Position numbers and translations under genes: made by a program. The notes under the pieces are model-generated. The model worked only from the letters and a program-made list of their open reading frames with translations, searched no databases and had not been told where the DNA came from. Below are positions 52,058 through 64,000 of a stretch of 64,000 nucleotides of DNA, piece after piece. Positions within the stretch are counted from its first letter, which is position 1. Every line of letters starts with the position of its first letter. Origin of the DNA: Azolla caroliniana (lineage: Eukaryota; Plantae; Polypodiophyta); the NCBI GenBank assembly GCA_043228905.1, contig JBHGNT010000007.1, positions 17,980,001 to 18,044,000 of the forward strand, in the 5' to 3' direction.

Positions 52058-52624
52058 ATGCGCTCACTCACACAACAACGTTCTTGTCTTCATCGTCTTC
52101 AAACTCCCAAGCTCTCTCTCGTTCTCATCGCTCCTACAAATAGGCCTGCTCTCGCCCTCGTAGCCCCTGCACAGAACAACGGTGTCCTCCCCAACCATCT
52201 TCTTCCATCTCTCTGTCTCGCCCTCATCTCATCGCTTCCCCCCACGCCCCCTTGTCAGCAAACCTTCGAGTCCACCATGCCTCTCGCAGCATCGCAGGAA
52301 ACCCGTTCTTGGCTACAACAACGAGGACTGGGTGGGTACTTACGGGTCATCGATGCCCTAGCGCACCCTGACGCCCCAACAATAGCACGCAAAATCCACC
52401 CTGACACAGTAACCAAAAACATGATTCGCGCTGCACTGGAACTTGCGCGAGGCGGAGACCATGAGGTCGAAATCCCTCCCCACTCGACCCTCAAGGAATA
52501 TTTTGGGATTTATTCGATGTCGGTAAAGCTTACCGCACTTACGGAGGGCCAAACAAGGCTTTTGGGGAGATCGCCCGTATTTTGATGGAATATGCCTTTG
52601 TGCATACAAATCCCACGAGTATGT
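52058..52624 (+). pseudogene. Uncharacterised extra ORF 3' of integrase in gypsy B1, truncated by the B2 insertion
   Basis: SQETRSWLQQRGLGGYLRVIDALAHP aligns with STALRRWLVEKRLDGYIRVAEAPPH at the same position in B2 (58735-59004). Confidence 0.55.
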
Positions 52625-55600
52625 CGTTGTCCACTGGAATAGTAACCGACGGACAAGAGCGCAGTAATATGGAATAGAATAATATTGTAACACATGGAAC
52701 GGTTCACACGGGAAGCGTGAACGGCTAAAAGACACTGCGTATATAAAGGGCAGAAAACCTCTGATAGAGGTAGCATGTAATTTTGAATGTAAAAGGCGTA
52801 TCGTAATAGAGTTCTATCTTCTCTGATATCTGTGCGTACCTGTGGTTAATCTACTTTGTGTCTGTAATCCTTAAGAGCGTAGGCGTGAGTAACGGTGTGT
52901 GTGCTAGGCCACTGCCTAAGTAGCTCGGTTGTAGCCATCTCCCTTATATGCTGCTAGGTTACGGGAAGTATCCCACTAAGTATTACGCATAGACGCTACC
53001 ATTCGTTGTCACATAGTCACTTGGAGGTCTAGGTCGTAGGATTGACCATAGACCATGTTCCTAATAGGTAACACTTTTGGCACGCTTGGTGATCTGTGTC
53101 TTCTCACAGACGAATAGCGACGAATGGATGTTTAGCCACAGACGCCCCAGAGAACCAACACGACAAGACCGGCCAATCACAAGGTCCATCACACGCCATG
53201 CAAAGGAACACGCACAGCAAAAGCCTCGCTTCGATGACCTTAGTACTACCTATTGGAACCACAAAGATGATTTCTCACTCTCCAAATACCTCGACGATAC
53301 GGGGGAAGCGCGCTCACCACGAAAGCACTGTGGTCTTTCCCTGACCACCGTAGCACCCAACATGGCCTTTGCCTATCCCCGCTTCAACGGCGAAACCGAC
53401 ACTGCAACCCACATCCGCATGTTCCTCAATGTCTGGAATGCAAACCACATGGCGTAGAGCCTTTCCGAGGGCGTAACGCACTAGTCCAAAATGACGGAGT
53501 TCGGATTAACCTTGGATGGGAGAGCGGCGTTTTGGCATTCGCAGATGGACCTGCCAGCAATCACAACCTTCGACCAACTGCAGGGAGACATTTCTAGCAG
53601 CATTACGCCGACCCATAAGAACAATGCTCAACAACAATAGCGTGAAAGGGGAAACGACCGATATGGTCATAGAACGAGCGCTACAGCTCGAGCTGGACGA
53701 AGAAAAGGAAAGGTTTTGCATGTCCTCATTACGACAAGCGTTACCTTAGGACGAGGAACGACATTTTCGTCAAGCGATCCAGTACACGATTTGCTTGAAT
53801 TCGGGCCATTCCGCAGTTGAATGCAACATGCGAATCCATTGTCCAATATGTCACTCGAAAGCTCACATAGTTGAGCAGTGCGAGTACAATATGTTGAACA
53901 GAGCCACGCCCACAGTACGCAGCATGGACACACAACGTCCCCCACGCTGTGATGTACAAAGGCGGCAGGAAAACCGATCATGGTATATGGATCGCAATCC
54001 ACGCGATGACCGGCACTATCGGAATCGCTGGAATCACAACGATTCCGAGGAAGACGAGCCGGAGGACGAAGACTACCGGGGCCACCCCAAAAATACTAAA
54101 GGGGGCCGACGCTATGAGAATTACCGTCCGACAAATAGACGTGGTGGGTTCAATGCACCTCGCGGAAAGCATCGGCAATATCGGGACCAATGACGGTATG
54201 ACAAAAATTCGGACGGGACCAACAACAACCACCGTGTATGCTCCGACGAATGAATGAGAACTGGGAGGAGCAAGTCACACCTGGGGATTGGCACACACCA
54301 CCAGGGGCCGAGAAGGGCGAATCTAGCATCCATTGTTTTTTTTGTCAACACCCTGGACATTATGCCACACAATGCCCAGTACGCAAGGGCAAGGGGCCTG
54401 CTGTCAATACGATTACGATGGAAGTACAACAAGTCACGACACGCCAACAAACAAAAACTGTTGATTGGGCCGTGCAAGATGAGATACGATGAACAACCTG
54501 GGCAGGGGTTGAAAAAGCAAATGCTACAAATATGGAGCGCATGCGGAAGGAATCTGCAAACACGGTGGAGCTATTGGAGGACGAGGGACCATCCCCGGAC
54601 CCCATATGGCAAGCATTGACAGGCTGCGAGATGACGTTAACCATGGAGAAGCTGCTGCAACTAGTCCCATGATTCCACGAGGCCGTGGAAGAGCGGGTGA
54701 CGGGCAGACTTGGCGTAAGCGTCGCCATGAATTTTACGGACATTAGTGACGGACTGACAGTAGTGGATCACCACAACTCGGCTATTAAGTTGATATTACA
54801 CGGTCAGGAAATCCCAGGATGCGTAATCGATGGCAGCTCGGGCGTTAATGTAATTAGCGCAAAGACATGCGAACAATTGGGAATTTTAGAATGGGAAGCT
54901 TGCCCGTTCTGGCTCCGCATGGCAGATACCCGTTCAGTGTGACCATTGGGGTTGATATGCAAGGTAGGCATTATTGTGGGAGGACATCACTTTGACATCT
55001 CGACAATAGTCCTCGCCCTTGACGCCCCAGGGGCGTACCCTATGCTATTGGGCAGACCGTGGCTTCGTTCAGCAAATATCAAGCAGAGCTAGCAACACAA
55101 GTGTATCAACTTTCGACGAAGATGCACCAAAGTCCGCGTACCAACAGAGGAAATGGTGACACAATCCAAGGGCATAACACCATTGTACGCGGAGGATAGA
55201 AATATGCTAGCTAGAGTGGATGATACAGAATTTGAAGCATACCTAGACGAGCACCCTTGGATTATTCCGCTGTTCGAAATCGACGTCATCGAAATCGCGA
55301 TGGAATATGCCACGGCCACTACACTCCACGATGAGGCTTACGAACCAAACCCGGAGTCAATATTAGAACTAAGCAGAGCACGAGCAACATTCGAGAGGGA
55401 AATGGAAATTTCACAGCGAGTCACCGCCTCAGCCTTGGAAGAAGTAAACTTGGGTACGACGTCAGAACCCTGTTTCCTCTCCATCGCAAAAGAATTAAGG
55501 CCGGACCAGAGAGATGCGATGATAGTACTACTCAAGAAGTACAAAGATGTGTTCGCCTGGGCCCACTAGGACATGAAGGGGTTAGACCGGAAGTTCTATC

Positions 55601-57016
55601 AACATAAGATTAATTTAGCAATCGACGCGAAACCGGTCCAACAGCGTCGATACCGCATGAACCCAAACTACGCAGCCCGTGTAAAAGAAGAAATTGACAA
55701 ACTCCTGAAGGCGGGATTCATACGGCCAGTTAAACAAGCTACATGGTTAAGCCCAATTGTAGTCGTACCAAAGAAAAACGGCAAAATACGGGTATGCGTG
55801 GACTACTGAAAATTAAACGCCGTAACCATTACGGACGCATTCCCATTACCATTCACTAATAGCGTACTGGACGCTGTCGCGGGGCATGAGATGTAAAGTT
55901 TTTTAGATGGCTTCAGTGGGTACAACCAAGTACGCATGCACCCCGATGACCAAGAGAAGACGACATTTGTCACGGACTGGGGAGTCTATGTGGTAGTTGT
56001 CATGATGTTCGGGCTAAAGACGGCACCGACGACATTTCAACGGACAATCACAGAGATTTTTGGGGAATATATTCTAGCATTCATGCAAGTTTTTTTGGAT
56101 GATTTCGTGGTATATGGGAGAACAACCGACCATTTTACGCATCTGCAACTGTGCCTGGAACGCTGCCGCACCGCACGCTTAAGCCTGAATTCCGCCAAAT
56201 GTGCCTTTCGCGTTACCAGCGGGGCTCTCCTAGGCCATATAGTCAACAAGGAAGGGATAGCGGTCGATCCGAATAAAATGTCCACGATTACTCAAGCCAA
56301 AACGTTGACAAACGCGAAATCACTCAGCCGTTTTTTAGGACAAATACGATGGCACAGTTGGATGATACGCTATTTGGCGGACTTCACCACGCCGTTACAT
56401 GCCGCCGTGCACCGGACTCCCTTCCAATGGACAATGACGGAAGAAAAGGCATATGATGCACTAAAGGTAATGCTAACGTAGGAACCCGTCGTACAGCCAC
56501 CGGTTTGGGCGAAGCCATTCCACGTGTTCGTAGATGCCTCAGACATAACAATAGGAAGTGCGCTAATGCAGCTTATGGAGCCGAATTGGTACCGGCCGGT
56601 GTACTACGCTAGTCGGAAATTATCAACGGCGGAGTGTAACTATTCCACAACGGAACGTGAGGCGTTGGGGATGATCTATAGTATCAATAAGTTCCCGCAT
56701 TATCTGCTAGGGAAGAAATTCACGTTTCACATGGATCATTCGGCACTGCTGTATCTGGTGGAGAAACAAGCGCTGACGGGGAAATTGGCGAGATGGATGC
56801 TGTTGCTTCAAGAATTCGACTTTGTAATTCAGCACCGCTCGGGTACGCAACACACAGTGGTAGATTTTTTGAGCAAACTTGATAATGGAGAAATGATGCA
56901 GAAGGATGACGATGACTTTCCGGATGCAGACATTCTGCGGATAGCAACACTAGCAAAACGAACGGAAAAGACCTTCCCAGACTGGTGGCTCATGGAAATG
57001 ACCAACTTCCTGACCA

Positions 57017-57130
57017 TGTGGTATAGTATATTTTCCACTAAACATAAATTCCGATTCCGGACGGCCAACCGTTTTTTCTCATCCGTTCGGAATCGGAATT
57101 TCTGTTTAGTGGAAAATATACTATACCACA
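57017..57130. repeat. 43-bp inverted repeat (one mismatch) within B2 pol
   Basis: TGTGGTATAGTATATTTTCCACTAAACA... / ...TGTTTAGTGGAAAATATACTATACCACA. Confidence 0.92.
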
Positions 57131-57953
57131 AGGGCAATGACGACATCTGGAGGCATGGAATACGATAGGATGAGAAGGTCGCGGTTCTACGCGAAGCCCA
57201 TTGTGGTACGGTGGGAGGACATTACGCGGGTGATTTTACGGCCCGGAAAATTTGGCAAGCAGGACTGTGGTGGCCGACGACGCTAAAGGATGCGTAAGAA
57301 TATTATAGGCACTGCGATTTATGCCAACGACTGGGTCAACCCATAGAAGTCGCAAGAATGCCACATCAACTAGTGTTGCCATTGGATCCTTTCCAAAAGT
57401 GGGGGTTAGATTTCGTGGGACCTTTTACTTCGGCAACCGCTCGAACAGGCAATAAGTACATCCTGGTGGCTACGGATTACTGCACGATGTGGGTAGAAGC
57501 GCAACCACTACGCGAGAATACTGCGATAGTCATGGCGAAATTCCTGTACGAACACATCTGGTGTCATTTCGGTTGCCCCATCGAGCTCATTAGTGACCAA
57601 GGGAGTCACTTTTTGAATACGGTCATTAGCGAACGGACCCAACATTACGCGGTGGTGCACAAGAAAAGTACGATGTATTACCCGCAGGCAAATGGCTTGG
57701 CGGAATCCACGAACAAAACCCTCCAGACCATCCTCAAAAAGATAGTCAATGAGAATAGGACGAATTGGGACACCAAGTTGCATAGCGCGTTATGGGCATA
57801 CCGTACCAGCTATAAGAGCAGCATACAATGAACACCGTTCAAGTTGGCATTTGGTTTGGAGGCCGTGATGCTAGTTGAATTCCAGGTACCCAGTCTACGG
57901 ATCCAAATACGAGCCGGGCTACCAGAGGGAAAATCCGCACAAATACGGCTATA

Positions 57954-58485
57954 GAGACTACTAGAGCTAGGAGAAACAAGGGTACATAGTATAGCCATAT
58001 TAGAGTAGGAACAACGGTGGCACAAAGCATTCGTTGACCGACACCGGCATGCACGTGAAAAAGATTTTATGGTTGGAAGAGCGGTATTAGTTTTCCAAAC
58101 CCGCATGGGGCATATGCTAGGAAAATTACGATTCCGCTGGATAGGCCCGTACTGGATAGTACGAGCAGAACAAGGCACGCTGGCCGGGGAAGTGTTACGA
58201 CAGAAAGTGAATGGGTTTAGGAGACTACTAGAGCTAGGAGAAACAAGGGTACATAGTATAGCCATATTAGAGCAGGAACAATAGTGGCGCAAAGCATTCA
58301 TTGACCGACACCGGCATGCACGTGAAAAAGATTTTATGGTTGGAAGAGCGGTATTAGTTTTCCAAATCCGCATGGGGCATATGCCAGGAAAATTACGATT
58401 CCTCTGGATAGGCCCGTACTGGATAGTAGGAACAGAACAAGGCACGCTGGCCGGGGAAGTGTTATGACAGAAAGTGAATGGGTTT
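57954..58485 (+). repeat. 267-bp tandem duplication of the integrase C-terminal (GPY) region in B2
   Basis: GAGACTACTAGAGCTAGGAG at 57954 and 58221; the two copies differ by scattered substitutions. Confidence 0.92.
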
Positions 58486-59004
58486 CACCTTAAACCTTAT
58501 CTGGGACCTACACCACCTAACCCGTTCCCCGTCGAACAGGACAAAGTCGGAGAATCTGCGGAGTAAGTAGACGGCCCCACTTGTATTATAGTGTAAAAAT
58601 AGTATTGTATGTAACCATTACGAAAAAAAAAGAAAAAGAAAAGAAAGAGAAGATAGAGACACTATTAAAAGGACTTAAGGCATGCACAGACTTCTAGACC
58701 AAGAACACGCGGCACCACGATGGCTCATTGACCAATGAACCCTAGGCCACAAAAAGAAGGAAATAGAAGGTTTTCTGCACGATACAAAAAGCAACATTCT
58801 AACTCTCAACGCTCTCATCGCTCCCCTTCCTCATCTTCTTCTCCATCCCATCATAGAGCTCAAGCCCACCACAACCAACGGTCTTCACCCCCTAGCCACG
58901 AGCCTATTCCGACTTTGCCGATATTCATCTCTACCGCCTTGCGTCGATGGCTCGTGGAAAAACGCTTGGATGGGTACATTAGGGTCGCGGAGGCACCTCC
59001 ACAC

Positions 59005-61126
59005 TGTTGTCCAGAGGACAGAAATGTAAAATGAGGGAATTAGCAAACGCCGAGTCCGAGTATCACGGGCCACCGACGGCTCGACTGTGTATTAGGGGAA
59101 AAGTTATTTAAACGAGAACCAGTACCTCAGAGAAGGGGAGAAGAAAAATATAGGCGGAAGCACTAGCTTAGTCCTTCGTAACTAGATAAACTTGTAAGGT
59201 CACCGGCCATAGGCCGTGTTCTATAATCTTTTCTGTCATAGTAATATATCTGATTTGTGCCCATTTTGCTCCATGAGTCTGTGCTTTGATCCATACCTAT
59301 GAGTTCAACGCCGCCCACGTCTATCAAGACCTCGCTAGTGTTTTCTCTCTGAGCCCTGTCTCTCTCTCGACGCCTCTGTTACGAGCCTTCACGTACCACG
59401 CCCTTGAAGACCGATAGCCGCAGATCTATCGAAGGTGTTCACCCAAAGGAACGGGTAACACAATTTGGCATGCCCGGTTACAGCTGTGAGTGCACAGCGA
59501 ACTTCGTTGAAGGTAACCACCAGCCGCCGTTACGGCGCCCTCTCGCACCACGAGGTCTCGGCCACCCGCCCGACGCCCTAAGCCAGTGGAAGGAACTTCC
59601 GACTCGGCGGTCACTGACCAATCCTTTCCCGAGCAATCGAAGGATTGTCTAGTGCAATCCTCGCCACCGGACACTCGATCGCGAGTTGATTCACCACCAA
59701 AACCCCCGTCGAGCCCTCCGGAGGTCAATCAACCGGAACTAAACCCTTTTCCGGTGCTACCAGAAGACCCACAGTACGACATCATGCCGTACCCATACCC
59801 ACGATACACCGACGGACCAGACGCGGAGTTACCCATCCGTGCCTTCATATCCACGTGGCAGGCTAACCACTCCACGCACCGCCTCACGCCGGCCGAAATC
59901 GATGCCTCAAAGATTGCCGAGTTCACACTCTCCCTCGATGGACCGGCCGCACGATGGTACTCTCGCCTCGAAATAGGAGAGGCCACCACTTTCCAAATCG
60001 TGCGCACAAAGTTCCTTGAACTTTATCATCGCGAGGTGCCTAAACGGGAACTGCTCCGACAATTCTTCTCTATATGCCAGGAACCGCACGAAACGGTTGC
60101 GCAGTTCACGATCCGGTTCTAGGATCTCTACAGACAAGTGGCCGATGATGTCTCGACACAACATATACCAGACACTTTCCTATCCAGTTTACGAGAGCCT
60201 CTACGAACGACTCTCGCACTTACAAATTTCGCCAACCATACTATCGAACAAGTCATAGCGCGCGTTCTCGCCCTCGATCGGAACCAGCACGGCGCGGCCT
60301 TCTCGATGACATCCTTGCAAAACGCTCTTCCCCAAAAGGACAATCGCTTTCACCAAGCCCTCTAATGCACGACGTGTTCAGGATCAGGGCACCTGGCCCT
60401 CGAATGTCCCCACCAACCACAGTGTCCGATCTGTCAGTCTCGAGCTCACACGGTCGAGCAGTGCGAATATAATATGCTGAACCGCACAACGGCGACACCG
60501 GTCCGCTAGATCGAGCCACAAAATGCATACTCTCGGCAGGACGAGCGATATATCTACCGAGACCAGGATAATAACCGACCACGATCCCCGGACCGACGGC
60601 GCCGAGACGACGACTACCGACGTGATGACCATCGTGATCATTATTGCGATGACTGGCACAACGATTATGCTCGATATGATGACGATCGTGATGACCGGTA
60701 TGACCGACGGAACTCACACATTGATCGGCGAAACGACAAGTGCAACACACGCAACAATAGAAGACCTAATGACAACCGCCGACGGGACACTCCTCAAAAT
60801 GACCAGCGCAACTCCAACGCACCTCGGAACAACCCACCACCAAACAAGACCGAGAATCAACAACAACAACTTCCACACACAGACCGAGCGGACACCAGCA
60901 GCTCGACTGACGTGACATGTTTTAAATGTAATCAACTAGGCCACTACGTCACGCAATGTCCGACAACCAACCGTGGCAAGGCACCCGCGGTGAATAGTAT
61001 CATGGCCGATGTTCAAACGGTCACTACCCGGAGTAAAGCGTAGACTACTCAGTGGCAAATCCAGGATGAAGTACGTCACGCAGCAAAAGAATGGATCGAC
61101 ACGGCCAATAAAAATAATGTCGTACG
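59005..61126 (+). mobile_element. Ty3/gypsy element B3 (close relative of B1): 5' LTR + gag, interrupted by copia E
   Basis: LTR 59005-59460 (TGTT...AACA) alignable with the B1 LTR; PBS TGGCATGCCC 59466-59475; gag PYPYPRYTDGPDAE nearly as in B1. Confidence 0.88.
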
Positions 61127-64000
61127 TGTTGGGATTACGGTCCCTTCGGATGGGATGGTCGGATATCGGAGATGAATGCCGACAAGCCCGGTTTCAGTTT
61201 CGGATCCGGATGACGAAGACCCCGGTTTCGGTACCGGATGACGAATGTACCCGGAGAGCGATCCGGATGCAGGGACATATCCGTGAATATGTTCGCTATG
61301 GGCCCCTGAGGCTACAGTTGTAAATAGCCCAAAGTCATATAAGTATAAATATGACTTAGGGCAAACAGTTTTACTGTTGCTTCTCATTTTTTCTGTTTTT
61401 CCACTTTAGAGGAGTGAAGAGGGAGCAGCCGTGAGAGAGAGAGAGATAGAGCGCGAGAGAGGAAGAGGACGACGCCTCTGTGTATTTCCGCCGCCTGTGG
61501 CGAGGACAGCGAGCTCAAGGTCGTCGCCTTGGAGCTCGTCATTGTATACTTCTCTTTGTATAGTGTTGTTTGGAGTCTTGTACTCCCGTGGTTTTTCCCA
61601 TCTAGGGTTTTCCACGTTAATCTCTGTGTACTCGTGTATTTCTCTCTTTGGTTCCTATTTTCTGCTCCATTGATCCGCGATTACTCGGTTGTGGCCGGGT
61701 GAAGAAGGTGAATCGAAGCGTTGATTTTCAACAAGCTGGTATCAGAGCAACTGTTGCAGAAAATGGAAGGCGGCGGCAGCGGGCAGCCGGGGATGATGGT
61801 GCTGAATGCACAGAATTACGCCGACTGGAAGATCAAGATGGAGGATCTTCTGATTGTTCGGGACCTGTACGAACCGATTGATAGGTCGGAAATACCGAAA
61901 GGGGTACTTGAGTCGGAATGGAGGCTTCTGAACCGGAAAGCCGTTGCAACCATTCGGCAATACGTCGACGTGAGCGTCCTACAACATGTGGCAAACGACA
62001 CCAACGCATATGAAATGTGGAAGAAGCTGTCGGGCCTCTACGAGAGGAAGAATGCGTTGAATCGGACCTCCCTGATGAGGAAGATAGTGAATCTCAAGTA
62101 CCGGGACGGTGAGAGTATGGTGGAACACGTAAGCACGTTCATGGGATTCGTGAATCAGCTTGCGGCGATCAAGTTCCCGTTGGAGGATGCAATGCAAGCC
62201 ATCATCCTGATGTGTACATTGCCGGAAAGCTGGGAGAACTTGGTGGTGACTCTCAGCACCTCCTGCACCGAAGATAACTTGTCCTTGCAAACGGTAAAGA
62301 CAAGTATTTTGAACGAAGAAGCGCGTCGGAGAGATAAAGAACCGGCCTCCGACCCGAAGGCGCTGCTTACCGAATCGGATCGGGGAAGACAATGGAACCG
62401 GAGTCCGCAAAGACGGGAGAAGTCGGGGACCCGGTCGCAGTCAAGAGGAAGGCCCACATGCTTCCACTGTGGGAAGCCGGGGCACTTCCGAAAGAATTGT
62501 CGGCATTACCGAAAAGACAACGGAGCCGACGACACCGATTCGAAGAAGTCACCGGAGAGAAACGGTGCATACCGGGGAGCCACGGACCGGAGAGGTTCGG
62601 ATCGGCGAGGGTAGGACCGGAAAGGAACGACGGCACTCGCGGCAAGTGAGGAAGAAATCATGCTCATCACCGAAGAAGGTGAGCTAAACATTGCCGGCGA
62701 TGAGACGACCTGGGTGGTCGATTCCGGAGCATCGTTCCACCTGACCCCGGAGAGAAGATACTTCTCATCCTACACAGCCGGTGAGCATGGCTGTGTTCGG
62801 ATGGGAAACGAAGGTACGTGCCGGATTGCCGGCATAGGAGACGTGTGGTTGACAACCCCGACCGGATGCAAAATGCTGCTGAAGAATGTCCGACACGTTC
62901 CGGAGGTCCGACTGAACCTGATTTCGGCCGGGAGGCTAGATGATGAAGGCTACACGGGTAGCATCCAGAACGGCGTAATGAAGTTCAGCAAGGGGAGCCT
63001 GATAGTGGCTCGGGCCCGGAAAGACAACACACTGTACCTGATGAATGCCCGGTTATGTCCGGAAGAGCTGAATGTGGCAGCCGACACTGCCGGTGAGCTG
63101 TGGCACAAAAGACTGTGCCACATGAGTGAGAAGGGGATGAAGAGGCTTGCAGAAGACAACCTTATCCCAGTGAAGCATGTGCACCTGGAGAAGTGCACCG
63201 ATTGCCTGGCCGGTAAGCAGAACCGAACTTCCTTCCACTCAAGGCCACCGACGAGACGTAGCGCACCATTGGAGTTGGTGCACACTGATGTGTGTCAGGT
63301 AGAAACGAAGTCACATGGCGGAGCCCAGTACTTCGTAACATTCATCGATGATCATAGCCGAAAACTGTGGACGGCACCGATGAAGACAAAGGACCAAGTG
63401 TTGTGCGTCTTCAAAGAACTCCACGCGAGAGTGGAAAGGGAATCCGGCAAGAAGCTGAAAGCGATACGAGCGGATAACGGAGGGGAATACCGGGGGCAGT
63501 TCCAGGAGTACTGTCGCTCGAAGGGAATCCGACTCGAGTTTACTGTGCCGAAGACGCCGGAACTGAACGGGCTGGCCGAGAGGATGAACCGGACCATAAT
63601 GGAGAGGGTCCGGAGTATGCTGGCACATGCGAAATTACCCAAGGGATTTTGGGCTGAGGCAATGTCGACGGCGACATATGTGATAAACAGATCACCCTCA
63701 GTACCTTTGGACGGAGACACGCCGCAGAGAGTGTGGACCGGTAGGGAAGTATCCTACCGGCATCTGAAGGTGTTCGGGTGTCTCGCATACGTGCATGTGG
63801 CAAAGGACCGGAGAGGAAAGCTAGATCCAAAGACCCGGCCATGCATATTCCTCGGTTACGGCGACGACGAGTTCGGCTACCGAGTATGGGACCCGGTTGA
63901 CAAGAAGATATTCCGGAGTCGTGATATCATCTTCATGGAGAACAAGACACTCGCCGACTGGGAGTCGGAGAAGAAGATGAAGAGCTCCAAGTCGACCGGT
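61127..64000 (+). mobile_element. Ty1/copia element E (Tork/Tnt1-like): 5' LTR + gag-PR-INT, runs off the window
   Basis: LTR 61127-61733 (TGTTG...CAACA); PBS TGGTATCAGAGC 61737-61748; gag from 61763 with CFHCGKPGHFRKNC; WVVDSGASFH; RADNGGEY. Confidence 0.93.

Larger units (their letters stand above)
28234..52624 (+). mobile_element. Ty3/gypsy non-chromovirus element B1 (Athila/Tat-related, Arg PBS), lacking PR-RT and hosting several insertions
   Basis: 5' LTR ~28234-28690 ending TAACA; PBS TGGCACGCCC 28696-28705; gag with CCHC knuckles; RNase H YYASRRLS; integrase split by C and D, with host sequence resuming after TSDs GCTCA and GGAAA; 3' region 51706-52624. Confidence 0.85.
52625..59004 (+). 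mobile_element. Ty3/gypsy element B2 (Athila/Tat-related): 5' LTR, gag-PR-RT-RH-INT, decayed; interrupted by B3
   Basis: LTR ~52625-53073 ending GGTAACA; PBS TGGCACGC 53078-53085; VIDGSSGVNVI protease, VFLDDF RT, VDASD RNase H, KWGLDFVGPF and YYPQANGLAE integrase. Confidence 0.9.

Noticed and set aside
16377-63842. Numerous short antisense and alternate-frame ORFs overlapping gag-pol regions and LTRs
   Set aside because: Shadows of GC-rich retroelement coding sequence or LTR duplicates; no independent domain evidence.

Overview
Eukaryotic land-plant nuclear DNA. The retroelement types suggest a non-seed plant such as a fern, but this is inference. The first ~6.1 kb holds a 13-exon RBM5/10-family splicing-factor gene (SUA-like, 929 aa by my splice model) that stops before the usual C-terminal G-patch. 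The remaining ~57 kb is almost entirely transposable elements: a hAT-type non-autonomous element, tRNA-derived SINE-like pieces, an L1-type LINE plus a LINE fragment, and a deeply nested LTR-retrotransposon stack. The stack contains five Ty1/copia copies, a Tcn1-like chromovirus, a tRNA-Trp-primed Ty3/gypsy element with a related solo LTR, and three Arg-primed Ty3/gypsy elements each inserted into the previous one. Main observations: (1) a collinear antisense tRNA-like A-box/B-box cassette in the U3 of three different gypsy LTRs; (2) serial head-to-tail insertion of related gypsy elements into the same uncharacterised 3' extra ORF; (3) two -1 frameshift signals with stem-loop or pseudoknot, one lying after the protease; (4) a self-priming chromovirus; (5) a shared 4-bp ACGT target site; (6) an in-frame template-switch hairpin; (7) a gag-swapped copia. 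All coordinates were counted by hand.
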